From assembly GCA_044892525.1 (NCBI GenBank), contig CM097885.1:124001-188000 (forward strand): a stretch of 64,000 nucleotides of DNA. Direction: 5' to 3'. The stretch is from Schmidtea polychroa (taxonomy: Eukaryota). Under the pieces are notes generated by a model, which saw only the letters and a program-made list of their open reading frames with translations, did not search any database and was not told the origin of the DNA. The position numbers and the translations under genes are program-made. Numbering within the stretch: position 1 is the first letter of the stretch; each line of letters opens with the position of its first letter. Shown piece by piece: positions 1 through 12,406 of the stretch.

Positions 1-2064
1 CGGTGAGGAGCTCAATTGGAGAGTTTAAAGTTAATAAGGCTGAATTCCAAGACATAACTGGAATCCCTAAGAAATTTAGTGGCTCTAGTCGGTTATGAGC
101 AATGGACTTAGCTCTAAATTGCTGGAAAAAATCGGCTAAAAAGAAAACATCAAGTTTTAAATAAACCATCATGTAATCGAAAAGTGATGTACATGAAGTT
201 TCAACCCAAATTTGCTGAGCTGTCTCATATTCAGCGGGAGTCACATCTTTCCAAATAGGAGGTAACTGACGAGTGTTATGTAAAACCTCTAATGAAGTTG
301 CGGCATCATAAAGAAAAATTCCCTTTGCAGTTATTATTGTACCCTGAAATTCTGATTCGGTCAAGGGTAAAGATGATAAAGTTTTGACAGCATTGTTTAA
401 AGACTCGCTGACAAATTGATAAGAGTCTATAAATTTAACAGTTAATGAGTCAATCCTAGCAAAAAGACTAAGGAATTTCTCGCTGGTTAAAGGAATACAA
501 CTAATATTCCATGAATGATATTTTGAAAGGCCAAATTTCAAGATATGATGCAGATCATAACCCTTTAAATTATGAAATACTACATGAAGGGTATATCTAA
601 TTTGCCTCGACAGATTACAAGTTGTACAAGCGGCACCAAGATATAGACCGATAAAATGATCATGGGCCCTAACTGGACTAACTAAAGGCTTATTGCACAA
701 ATAACATGATGTGCTGTTTTCAAACATTAATTGTTGCTCATCTGTAATTATCATTTTCTTTTGATAATTTTTATAATAATAAAGAGTTACAATATATTTC
801 CCTATCATTTCAATTTCAGTAAGAAATTGATCGACACAATCTAAACCGGTGAACGACTTATAAATTTTTACGCCCGTGAAATTATTAATAAAAAGCATAC
901 CGGCAGAAATAGGCAGATGACGTTGAAAGTAGCGAGTGTCTTTAGGTAAGATAGTCTCAAAGTCAGCGTAAATAACAAAGGGAGGAGTGACTGTTTTACT
1001 CCAATCAGTAAATTCTAAATATTTATTTTTAGGCAATGTGTACAAGGTAGTACCAAGCTGATTTTTATCACAAAGACCCTTATGTCTATTAAAAGCGTCA
1101 TCATACCTAAAACCGTTTAAACATCTAGGGCACCACTGACTACAAATCCTAACAGGAGTGATTGAACTATTCCTACAATTAAGGAATCTATTTAGGTCTG
1201 TGATTCCAAGATAATGATAATTATCATTCTTTTCGATTAATAATAAATTGATAGGTATGGCTCCTACTATCTTACTCCTGTATATTATATCAATAAAGGG
1301 ATGTTTCATAACTGCATCTTCATCGGAAATGTCAATCAAAGCCTTTTCGTTATAAGTAAGAACAATAATACTATAACCCGGATTTTGTTGTTCAAATTTA
1401 CTTATATTTGATAGTTTCATCGGCATATCATTAGGATCAAATTTAATTTCAGAAAGATTGTATGAATTAGGGCGATTTCTATCTTGCCTATTTATACTAT
1501 CATATTTAATAATTGACAAGAAACTATACAAAAGGCAGAAGTGGTCATTAATAACTACATTAACGAGACAGCTTAAGTTTCTTAAAGATTTTGGGGTTTC
1601 AATAAAACTTCTACCACTTAACCGACTTATTTCAGCAAATTTAGTCAGAACAAAGCTTATGTATTCTATTTTATTGATAGTCCAATTACTACCTTTCTCA
1701 TTAATTTTAATTATTTTTTCATTTAAACGAGCAATACCTTCGTCAATGAATGTATCGCTCCAAACTCGGGTGGAATTCGAGATTACAAAAGATTGTAACT
1801 CATCATCTTTTATAAATTCCACCTTTAGACAAAATTGAATTTTACATGATTTTAATTTATTTACATATAAATTTAATTTATTTATTAAAATGTCTGGTAC
1901 AGAGACCGTTTTTAAATCTAAAGACGAAACGTCCATTTTTAATATAATATGATTATTATTTAAATCACTGGTGACATCTACGATACCATAACCTACTTGA
2001 TTAATATTATTATAATTATTATTATTATTATTACCATTATTATAATAAATATTACTACTACTAC

Positions 2065-2100
<36 letters not shown>

Positions 2101-2286
2101 CAATTTCATCATCACTTATTGTGATTACATCAATAACTTTAGATTTTTTACTTGGTATTGAATTTATTTTTTCATTATTTTTTCTTTTATTCATATTAAT
2201 TAGATTATTTATTTGATCATTTAATTTATTTACTTGATCTTTTAGATTATTTATTTCGTTTATATCATTATTATTGGTGCTGTTGA

Positions 2287-2350
<64 letters not shown>

Positions 2351-2560
2351 GATATTATTATTATTGCTGTTGATATTATTATTGTTAACAAACGATTCAT
2401 ATAAGCTATAGAAAAGAGATTTCTTAGAAGGTTTAAATTGTTGGAGATGGAGTCTATGCTTATTATAAAATTCCTTATACGTTATAACTTCAATAACCTC
2501 ACATTTAGGGCATAGGATGTAGGTGACACCGTTATATTTATGACTATAATATCTTTCCAT
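1..2560 (-). CDS. Polinton protein-primed family B DNA polymerase, 5' ~850 codons (open frame continues off the left edge)
   Basis: Hand translation from ATG at 2560 has no stop to position 1. It reads CPKC..HxxH, poly-Asn tracts, KGSNW, WCPRCL, PPFVIYADFE (Exo I), CYLC..HDHFIG..CNL, VFHNLKGYD (Exo II), FIDSY, YLKLDVFFLADFF (Exo III). Absent from the ORF track, probably because no stop lies in the window. Confidence 0.93.
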
Positions 2561-3036
2561 TATAATCGCAGTCGTTATGATATTGACTATTACAAAAGTT
2601 TTGATATTTCAAACCTATGAAAATATTTTTATCATAAAATGTTTAAAAAATATTAAGATAATTTTAATAATCATTTTCAAAGTTTAAGATATTTTTAGTA
2701 AGATATTATTCAAAATTGTCTTTTAAATAGTATCTTATAAAAAATATTATAAAAAATATTATAAAATATATTATTTAATTCGTTTTCATAAATAAATAAT
2801 TCATTTTCTAAAATAGATTTTATTTTCATAAATAATTAAAATAAATTATGATTCCAAATAATATACAAAAGTTATTAATTATAATGTTCAAAATCATCAT
2901 ATTTAATAAATCTTCTTTTCATAAATCTTCCTTTCAAAATCATCATAAATAAATAAATCTTCTTTTAAAATATCTTCTTTTCATGAATAAATCTTCTTTT
3001 CATAAGTTTCTTTAAAATCTTCTTTTAATAATAATA

Positions 3037-3069
<33 letters not shown>

Positions 3070-3124
3070 ATTGTTTAAAAAACTTAAAAACCCCAAAAAC
3101 TTATAACAATAAATAAATACTTAC

Positions 3125-3408
3125 ATTTTCGTCCTTTCGAAAGAAATTTTCCAGCATCAGAACCAGCAGAAGTATTTATTACATTTCCATCTAAAAGCAT
3201 AATAAAAATAATAATGATAATAAAAGTAAATTATTACCATTTATTCTATTCATGTCTACATTTTGTCCGTCGATATTCATTTTAATTTGTTGATTAGTAC
3301 CTAATAATCATATTAAAAATAATAAAATAATAAAATAATAAATTTACCATTAATTCCTCCAACGATCTTTCCGACAACTCTTTGAATATTATTGTTGTTG
3401 TTGTTCAT
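3125..3408 (-). CDS. Small spliced gene of unknown function; three exons visible (3408-3348, 3300-3238, 3190-3125)
   Basis: Two 47-bp GT..AG introns (3347-3301, 3237-3191) and a third GTAAGT donor at 3124. The spliced frame stays open: MNNNNNNIQRVVGKIVGGINGTNQQIKMNIDGQNVDMNRINDGNVINTSAGSDAGKFLSKGRK. Confidence 0.55.
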
Positions 3409-3804
3409 GTTGTTAAATATTGTTAATAGATTTTTAAAAGTGATGAAAAAATGAAAGTGTAGACTATATAAGAGAGATATTACAGGTTTTATTAACCGAC
3501 CAATGAAAATAGAGATAGGATAGGAAAAGACACTACATGTTTGTTTATACAAACAATGACGAAATAATGACCTTTACATGTCTTTATTACTCAGTGCTTT
3601 GTTACTTTGCACTGTGCATGCACTGAACATGTAATAGTATTATATAATATTTTTAAACATAAAATTTAACAAATAATATTTTAAACATAAAATAATAATA
3701 TTTAACAAATAATAATAATATTTAACAAATAATAATATTTAACAAATAATATTTAACAAATAATTAAAATAGTCAACAAATAAAAATCATACAGTATACA
3801 TTTA

Positions 3805-4152
3805 TTAACCATCAAATTTTTTATACAACAACCATGCCAAACAGTGTTGACCACATGTTTGAGTCAATGGATTTTGAAACATAGTTTTATTATATACAAT
3901 AGGTTTCCCAATTGTTTGAAGTTTTGATATCAACAAAGCAGGATAATAGAAATCCATAGGATCGAATACGAATATATTACTAGGTTTCACATATATAGCT
4001 ATCCAATGTTCTCCACCAAGATGAGACGAATGAGTATTGACAATTATGGCTTGATTATTGCTCAAATAAGGAATTTTATCGAGAGGAGAAACTCCTACAA
4101 ATTCATTTCCTAATATTTGTTTTCCAATTCGATTAACCTGAACAGAACTACT
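3805..4152 (-). pseudogene. Adenain-like (adenovirus-type) cysteine maturation protease of a Polinton; ATG apparently lost
   Basis: GEHWIAIY..VFDP..FQNPLTQTCGQHC gives the His/Asp/Gln/Cys catalytic set. The frame extends upstream (SVQVNRIGKQILGNEFVGV) to a stop with no ATG. Confidence 0.85.
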
Positions 4153-4216
4153 TTAATAAAATTAAACAATTTCAAAAAACTTACTCCATGACAACTTTTT
4201 GTGTTTCTGTATACAT

Positions 4217-5094
4217 TTACACCAACACTGTTCTATTTGCAGTAATTTGAACTTCATTTTCAAATACTCCATATATTATAACATGTACCGGTTCAGTAAT
4301 AGCTTTTGCAAACTTAATATCCAGTCGTAAATTCCCGTTTTGTGGTAGTTGACTCTGATTTAAATCAAAATCAGGGGCTAAAACAAATGTGAAAAATGGA
4401 TATTTGCTTTAAAATTCTTCTAGAGTAATTCCACAATTCAAGTTTTTATCTAAGTAACCCAGATTTCTAACAATACTCTGCATATATGTCGCACAGTAAT
4501 TATCGCTTTCGAAATCTTGAGTATATGTTTCTCTATAATCAGTATTTTTCGACAAAGTCAATGAAGTAACACCAAAGTTTTTGAAAATTGAGCTGGAAGC
4601 AGTATAAGATCCATTATATTGCGTTTCACTTTGAAATGTTACCAGAATAAAATTAGGCATTCTTCTGTCACCAAATATTTGTTCTTTATAGAATGATGAA
4701 GCACCTTTAGCAATAGCAAATTGTACAATTTCCTTTGTTTTTAAAGGATAAATTGCATGTTTTGAATAAAGACCCAATTGATGACCATTTAATACTGACG
4801 GGTTTACTCGAACTCTTTTCACCAATAATTTTGCATCAACTAATTGGCATATTGGTGCACCAGTTGCACTAGTAAGAGATAATGCAGAATCGGACCTTTT
4901 CAATCTGATGTGTACATTAACTCCTGGTAGCAAATATTTCGGTTGATCCATAAAAACGAGTTGTAATGATGAGCACATAGTGAATGATTTTGAGCCTTTA
5001 ACCCACTTTTTTCTTTCATCATCTGTTGCTGCATAACCCATAGGTGTAAGACAGGTATTTTTAGTATCGGAATTGTAATTTAAAATAGTTTCTA
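4217..5094 (-). pseudogene. Polinton major capsid protein (double jelly-roll), C-terminal part
   Basis: QPKYLLPGVNVHIRLKRS, HAIYP and GNLRLDIKFAKAITEPVHVIIYGVFEN motifs. In-frame premature TAA at 4409-4411; natural stop at 4217. Joins in frame to 13987-14338 when the insertion and one TSD copy are removed (KALIETILNY). Confidence 0.92.
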
Positions 5095-6616
5095 AGTAGT
5101 AGGATGTGGGCTCCCCAGACCAGGTCCCCTCCAGACCACATATACCCCCTCCCCCCCCCCCCCGGGAAAAAAAATTTTTTTTTTAAATTAAAGGTCAAGG
5201 TCATTTATTTTTTTTTTTAATTTTTTGTTTTAATTAATTGGCCGGGATGGCCCCTACTTTTTTTCATCCCAAAAATTAATGTTCCCGCCAACGGATTTTA
5301 TTGGACGATACCTCATCTTAAAGCTCAGTCCAAGACCTTTCGAATGAGCTATAGGTATCTTATATATCTTTAATAGTTTTAATGTTATTAACAATTGATG
5401 ACCACCATCTTTTCAACGTTAAATTATTATTATTTTCCAAAATATTATTAATTGGCCGGGAGGGCCCCTACTTTTTTTCATCCCAAAATTTAATGTTCCC
5501 ATTATCCGAATTTATTGATCGATATCTTATTTTGAAGCTTAGTGCAAGTCCTTTCGAATGAGCTATTGAAGGTATCATCATCATTAACATCGGCAAAGTT
5601 ATTAACGTTTTCCCGAGACCATTTTCAAGGTCATTTATTTTTTAAAATATTATTAAGTGATCTGGCGGGCTCACACTTTTTTTCATCCCAAAAATTAATG
5701 TTCCCATTATCCGAATTTATTAACCGATACCTCATCTTAAAGCTCAGTCCAAGACCTTTCGAATGAGCCATAGAAGGTATCATCATCATTATTATTAACA
5801 AAGAGAATGAGTCACCCAATGACTCACCCAACGATGCCTAATATTTTTAGAACGATGCCTAATATTTTTAGAATGATTACGTCATAATTTTAGAACGATG
5901 TCTATTATTTTTAGAACGATGCCTAATATTTTTAGAACGATTACGTCATACTTTTAGAACGATGCCTAATATTTTAAGAACGATGCCTAATATTTTTAGA
6001 ACAATGCCACATATTTTTAGAACTATTACGTAATTTTTTTTTTAATTAAGTGGCCGGGATGGCCCCTATTTTTTTCATCCCAATAATTAATGTTTCCGCC
6101 AACGGATTTTATTGGACGATACCTTATTTTAAAGCTCTGTGCAAGACCTTTCTAATGAGATATAGATTTCTATCATACAATGACTCATCACATTTTTAGA
6201 ACAAAGACAATGACTCATCATAATTTTAGAACGATGCCTAATATTTTAAGAACGATTACGTCATACTTTTAGAACGACGCCTCATATTTTTAGAACGATG
6301 CCTAATATTTTTAGAACTATTACGTAATCGATGTCTAATATTTTTAGAACGATGCCTAATATTTTTAGAACGATTACGTCATACTTTTAGAACGATGCCT
6401 AATATTTTTAGAACGATGCCAAATATTTTTAGAATGATTACGTCATACTTTTAGAACGAAGCCTAATATTTTTAGAATTAATAATTTTGTTTTAATTATC
6501 GATGATTATATAATTTTGTTTAAATCATTGATTATATAATTCTTTTGTTTTAATTTTCGAATACGTAATAATATAATTTTGTTTAAATCGTTGATTACAT
6601 ATTATTATTTTCTAAG

Positions 6617-6664
<48 letters not shown>

Positions 6665-6815
6665 CATATATACACCGAGTCTATCCGACAAGATATTCTG
6701 TCCCCCTATGGGTACTGCACACAAATGTACTACTCACATTCAACAAGTCACAAGGGTACTGCTCACACTCAATATGTCGTAAATTATTATTATTATTATT
6801 TCAAATACAAGTTCA

Positions 6816-6855
<40 letters not shown>

Positions 6856-6870
6856 TCAAATACAAGTTCA

Positions 6871-6946
<76 letters not shown>

Positions 6947-7308
6947 TATTATTACGCGCACGGGGAATATTATTATCATATATACTCTTAATCTATCCGA
7001 CAAAATATTCTATCCCTTTATGGGTATTGCTCATATGGGTAATGGTCAAAGGTGTACTACTCACATTCAACATGTCTCAAAGGGTATAATATAATTATTA
7101 TTAAATTCTGACCAACTTAAATCAATGAAGGGGTAGAACAAAAATATATTAAGTTGCGGTATTTTAAATTTAAAAATATTTTAAAAACTTATTTTGACAC
7201 TAAAGTTTACTTAATTAACAAAGACATAATTATTGCACATGCTTTGCATAAATATTATTATTTTTTAAATTTTCAATATTTTCTTTTAAAGTATTAACAC
7301 GCGCGGGA

Positions 7309-7386
<78 letters not shown>

Positions 7387-7421
7387 GTTAATGAAAAATC
7401 TAAAATATGGTTTACACACAC
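5095..7421 (+). repeat. Left terminal inverted repeat (~2.3 kb)
   Basis: Reverse complement of 11686-13986. Mirrored ORFs in the track (5631-5831 vs 13256-13456) are identical. Confidence 0.95.
5831..6478. repeat. Two blocks of 21-24 bp tandem subrepeats (AATATTTTTAGAACGATGCCT / TTTTAGAACGATTACGTCAT) within the TIR; mirrored at ~12545-13255
   Basis: Directly visible tandem units. Confidence 0.9.
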
Positions 7422-9732
7422 ACACAATAATTTTACAATAATTTTTACAAAAATTAAATAATAATAACTTGATTATTGTAAAAACTCTAATTATTAACCT
7501 AACTGTCATTAAAAATATTATTATTTAAAAGTAAATTTAAAAACAAGTCAATAAAATATAGCAAATTATCAAGAAATTAATTAAATTTTTGTAAAAATTA
7601 TTGTAAAATATACTGAAATTTGTGATTTTGAAAGATATATCACGTTATAATTGCTATATAATTAGCTGAATCGATGAAGAATTATGATCAATCGATATAT
7701 TTCATTTCTAGTTAGGTATTTGATGGTAAATGTGGTGAAATATTTGTAGAAAATATTGATTTTAGTAAATTTTGATTTTTTTAATGGGCTCTTACTACAT
7801 GAATTTAGATACTAAATTATTTCAATGGAAGGATGTCTGTAACAAATAAATAAAATTCATATTTTGAAGAATTTTCTATGGATTTTAAGAGAATTGATAT
7901 ATTAAAGGTCTGATATATTAAAGTCGGTTGGTTAAGATGGTAATATATGATTTTTAAGGTGTTTAAAATGATAGAAATATTTGGTGGAAATGTTTAAAAT
8001 CTCTATTTAAATCGACAATGTTCTTATTGGTAAAATTTTAAAGGGAAATAGTCAGTATTTAGCTATGAATTAATAATAATTCCAGTGAACTTATATCGTT
8101 TTAGAGGTTTATTAGGTTGTGATGAATGTTATTGCACAGTAATTTAGATTTATGTTTTAGAACCAGTTTTATATTAATTATCCACTGTTTTATTAAGTCG
8201 TTTAGGGTTAATGATCAATTTACTTGGTTTTCACAATGAAATATTTGAAATCTTTAGAATTAATTGGGATTGATATCAAAGGTTATTGCTTTAAATTAAT
8301 TTACTTAAGAAGTTATTTTATTCATTGTGGGGACATCAGTGACAAAACTTGAGAAATATTGACTTAAAAGTTGGAAATCGACAACGGCTAAAGAAAATTT
8401 AACTTTATTGAAGGAATTTTATGATTTTAATTAGAAATTAAATCGGTTGAATATTAAAGGTAAAATCTATTGAAGGAATATTATTATCGGATGGATAAGT
8501 GATATTTTGCTAAATTACCTTTGCTAAATATTATTTTAAATGACTAAAAATAACAAAATTAACCAATATTCATAAATTTATCGCACAAAATATCCATGTT
8601 TTGGTTACTCAAAAATCTTAAATTTCTCGCAAAGATATATTACGTCTAATGATCATCTAATTAAATTAGAAAAGAATTGTTACTTTATAATATATATTTC
8701 TAACTAATAAGCCCCTTATTTGGTTAAATGATAACCATATTTCTATTATGACTCCTTTAATTATTTTTGCCTCAAACAAATTTACTCTAAATGATAAAGA
8801 ATTTAAAATTATCAATGAATAATGACCATGTTTTTCTCATATTATTAGCTATTGTAACGAACATTAGATGAATAAATTACCTTTTGCTTTAAATGACTAC
8901 AAAGTTAACCAATAAATTAGTCGCTCGACATAAGTGTAAAGTTACATTTAAAATATTCACAAATTTCTGATTATCTTACATAAGAATTTCTAAATGATTA
9001 ATATTGCGACTTGTTGAGTGTGACCAGTACCCTTGCTAGCAATACCCATAGGGGGACAGAATATTTTGTCGGATAAACTAGGAGTATATGGTCTTTATTG
9101 ATATATCAAAATACTGTTATTTATAAATCAACTAAAAATACTCAAAAATACTATATTATTTTACTGAATGATACCTTAAATGTTTTTAATATACATATTT
9201 CTAAAATAAATCAACAGTTCAAACCAACAACATGTATGGATGACCACCCATTGTTAATTTATTTCCAGTGTCACGTCCCTCAAAAATACCGTGAGTGTTT
9301 TAACAAAGCTGAGCTCAAAGAAACTTTCCAGATAACAACTCACCTGAATGTTTTGAACAAAAATGAGCGAAATTGAGAACAAACGATTAGATGGCGATTA
9401 ACTTCTGGCCACAACCCTAACAACATGAAAATTAAGATTTTAATTATTGAATTCGTTGTTTTCTGCCTGGAAATACTAACAGAATATTTTTTAATTCAAA
9501 GAATCTTCATTATAAATTTTTGAATTTAAAAAATTAAATTAAGGATAAGTGTACATAAAATTATAATATTATAATATTATATAAAATTATATAAAATTAT
9601 ACTATATAATAATATTAATGTTTAAATATGCTTAAATAACTAAAGTGTTTAAATATGTTTAAATAACTAAATTTAAATTATTTAAATATAATTCTGATAT
9701 AACGTTATTTCTTTCGTTTTAGTATCCATAAA

Positions 9733-10395
9733 GTAAGTAAATAAAGAATTTACTAAAATATTTTAATTATTTTACTTAGTAATGAAGAAAATGAATTATA
9801 TGATTATGAAGAAGATGAACAAAATGGTGAAACACTAAATGACTTATGTTCTGGATTTAGAGATTTCTTATTAAAACATGAATTATAGAAGAAAATGAAC
9901 CAGACAAAATGGTGAAACATTGCTATGTTCTGGATTTCTTAAATGAATTAGCTGATTGTGGGTGTCCTTCAACATGAATTATCAGACTTAAATTATGTAA
10001 ACTTTCAACGAATGTCAAGAAAAATGGGAAAAAACCGATGTTTTATCAATAAGATATTGTAAAGTACTACCTGAAGAATATTATTATTAATGTAAGACAT
10101 GAATTAATTGTTTAAAATATATATATTATATTTAGGTATCTGTGTTTTATGGTGGGAAATGACATTGAAAAAGTATACCACAAATAACAGTTGCCTAATT
10201 TATCAAGCCTGTGACGATAAAATGCTAGATAATGTAAGTTAATTGCTTTTAAATCAATATAAATTTTAGCAATGATAGTTGACGCCGCATCAGAAACTAA
10301 GAAATACGTCCAATTTGCAAGATGTATTCCAAATGGCCCGATGGAGATGATAATTTTGAGATAGATTACCAGCAGAAGAGCGAGAAAAATTTGTA
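9733..10395 (+). pseudogene. Probable decayed multi-exon gene with mini-introns, product unknown
   Basis: GT..AG AT-rich segments at 9733-9779, 10092-10135 and 10234-10269 separate more coding-like blocks. I could not recover a continuous frame. Confidence 0.3.
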
Positions 10396-10440
10396 AATTA
10401 AATATAATAGGGTTGGGTGGGTCCTCTTTATCCCTTAATT

Positions 10441-10780
10441 AATATATATTTACAAGCTGATCGTCGTGGTGGGCGGTTGTAATCCAACTAGTGGGAGGCC
10501 TCTGTAAATATATATTTGTGTTATTGAAAACATTAATTAATTTGGTTATAGTGCCAATGACGCATGTATTTTGAAATTATACGTTTCGAATGTGCTGGTA
10601 GTTGACTACCCATGCTAGGCGTAATGTTCCGTACGGAAAGCTATAATGCCCAGGTTCTTCTGACCCCACTTGGGGGAGGCACAGACGACCCTTGTGGACG
10701 CGAACAAATATCCACCGTGTCTTTCAGGCACAGATATTTGGTCACTGCTCATTAGGCCTGGCAATACTAAATGCATTAAC
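10441..10780 (+). ncRNA. Candidate structured RNA with an SRP (7SL) Alu-domain-like fold at 10456-10499 followed by a multibranched domain
   Basis: GCT-GATCGTC-gtggtg-GGCGGTT-GTAA-TCC-aactagtg-GGA-GGC fits the two-hairpin, UGU-turn Alu 5' domain. Many further stems run to ~10775. No SRP S-domain helix 8 recognised. Confidence 0.55.
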
Positions 10781-11130
10781 TTTGCCTTGTCCTCTCTTGT
10801 CTTGATTTTTATCATTTAAATATAAAAGTGTGTGTGATAAGTTTTATTTACTAACCCTAATTAATATACCCTTGCGATATGTTGAATGTGAGTAGTACCT
10901 TTGTGAGCAATACCCATAGGGGGACAGAATATTTTGTCGGATAGACTAGGAGTAAATACACCCATGTTAAACAAGGTATGTGTATATAGAATGTGTGTGT
11001 AAAATTATCGCTCCTTATTGACAACTTCCTGTAAAGGCAAACACAGAATACTGCAAACATAATAATACTCTACCCCATAACTTAGTATGTAAAAATTATT
11101 TAAGGTTTTTTCACTAATAATAATAATAAT

Positions 11131-11169
<39 letters not shown>

Positions 11170-11172
<3 letters not shown>

Positions 11173-11700
11173 GTTTAATGGGTTGTGTGTGTGTGTAAAA
11201 ATATTTGAGGTTTTCACGAATATTGATAATAATAATGGTTTATGAGTGTTTTTATGTTTTTGACTAATATTTGCAATAATAATAATGGTTAATGGGTTGT
11301 GTGTGTGTGTAAAAAAAATATTTTAGGTTTTCACTAATATTGATAATAATAATGGTTAATGAGTGTTTTTATGTTTTTGACTAATATTTGCAATAATAAT
11401 AATGGTTAATGGGTTGTGTGTGTGTGTGTAGAAAATATTTTAGGTTTTCACTAATAATGATAATAATAATGGTTGAGGGGTTGTGTGTGTGTGTAGAAAA
11501 TATTTTAGGTTTTTAATATTGATAATATTAATAATAATGGTTGAGGGGTTGTGTGTGTGTGTAAAAAATATTTTAGGTTTTCACTAATAATGATAATAAT
11601 AATGGTTAATAAGTTGTGCATGTGTGTGTGTGTAGAAAATATTTTATGTTTTTAATTTTGATAATAATAATAATGGTTGAGGGGTTGTGTGTGTAAACCA
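11170..11700. repeat. Minisatellite of ~55-65 bp units (AATAATGGTT..GGGTTG(TG)n..AAAATATTTTAGGTTTT)
   Basis: Directly visible tandem units abutting the right TIR. Confidence 0.85.
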
Positions 11701-11721
11701 TATTTTAGATTTTTCATTAAC

Positions 11722-11766
<45 letters not shown>

Positions 11767-12128
11767 TCCCGCGCGTGTTAATACTTTAAAAGAAAATATT
11801 GAAAATTTAAAAAATAATAATATTTATGCAAAGCATGTGCAATAATTATGTCTTTGTTAATTAAGTAAACTTTAGTGTCAAAATAAGTTTTTAAAATATT
11901 TTTAAATTTAAAATACCGCAACTTAATATATTTTTGTTCTACCCCTTCATTGATTTAAGTTGGTCAGAATTTAATAATAATTATATTATACCCTTTGAGA
12001 CATGTTGAATGTGAGTAGTACACCTTTGACCATTACCCATATGAGCAATACCCATAAAGGGATAGAATATTTTGTCGGATAGATTAAGAGTATATATGAT
12101 AATAATATTCCCCGTGCGCGTAATAATA

Positions 12129-12201
<73 letters not shown>

Positions 12202-12352
12202 TGAACTTGTATTTGAAATAATAATAATAATAATTTACGACATATTGAGTGTGAGCAGTACCCTTGTGACTTGTTGAATGTGAGTAGTACATTTGTGTGC
12301 AGTACCCATAGGGGGACAGAATATCTTGTCGGATAGACTCGGTGTATATATG

Positions 12353-12406
<54 letters not shown>

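Noticed and set aside
1458..1838. Short antisense ORFs over polymerase, capsid, integrase and HMG genes (e.g. 1458, 15066, 17179, 50937, 55104, 57142, 60371, 63262)
   Set aside because: Shadow frames opposite well-supported genes.
5542..5831. ORFs in the TIR (and mirrors at 13256-13545)
   Set aside because: They derive from a four-copy ~110-150 bp module whose other copies are not in comparable ORFs; more likely non-coding repeats.
6579..7509. Poly-Ile/Leu/Asn ORFs (also 11005-12444 and 16323-16589)
   Set aside because: Translations of (AAT)n microsatellites.
10441..10780. Canonical full-length SRP RNA gene
   Set aside because: The conserved helix 8 (CAGG..GNRA..AGCAG) is not found on this strand; only the Alu 5' domain matches.
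10851..10860. CTAACCCTAA as a telomerase RNA template
   Set aside because: Only a 10-nt match, lying 3' of the structured region, with no pseudoknot recognised downstream.
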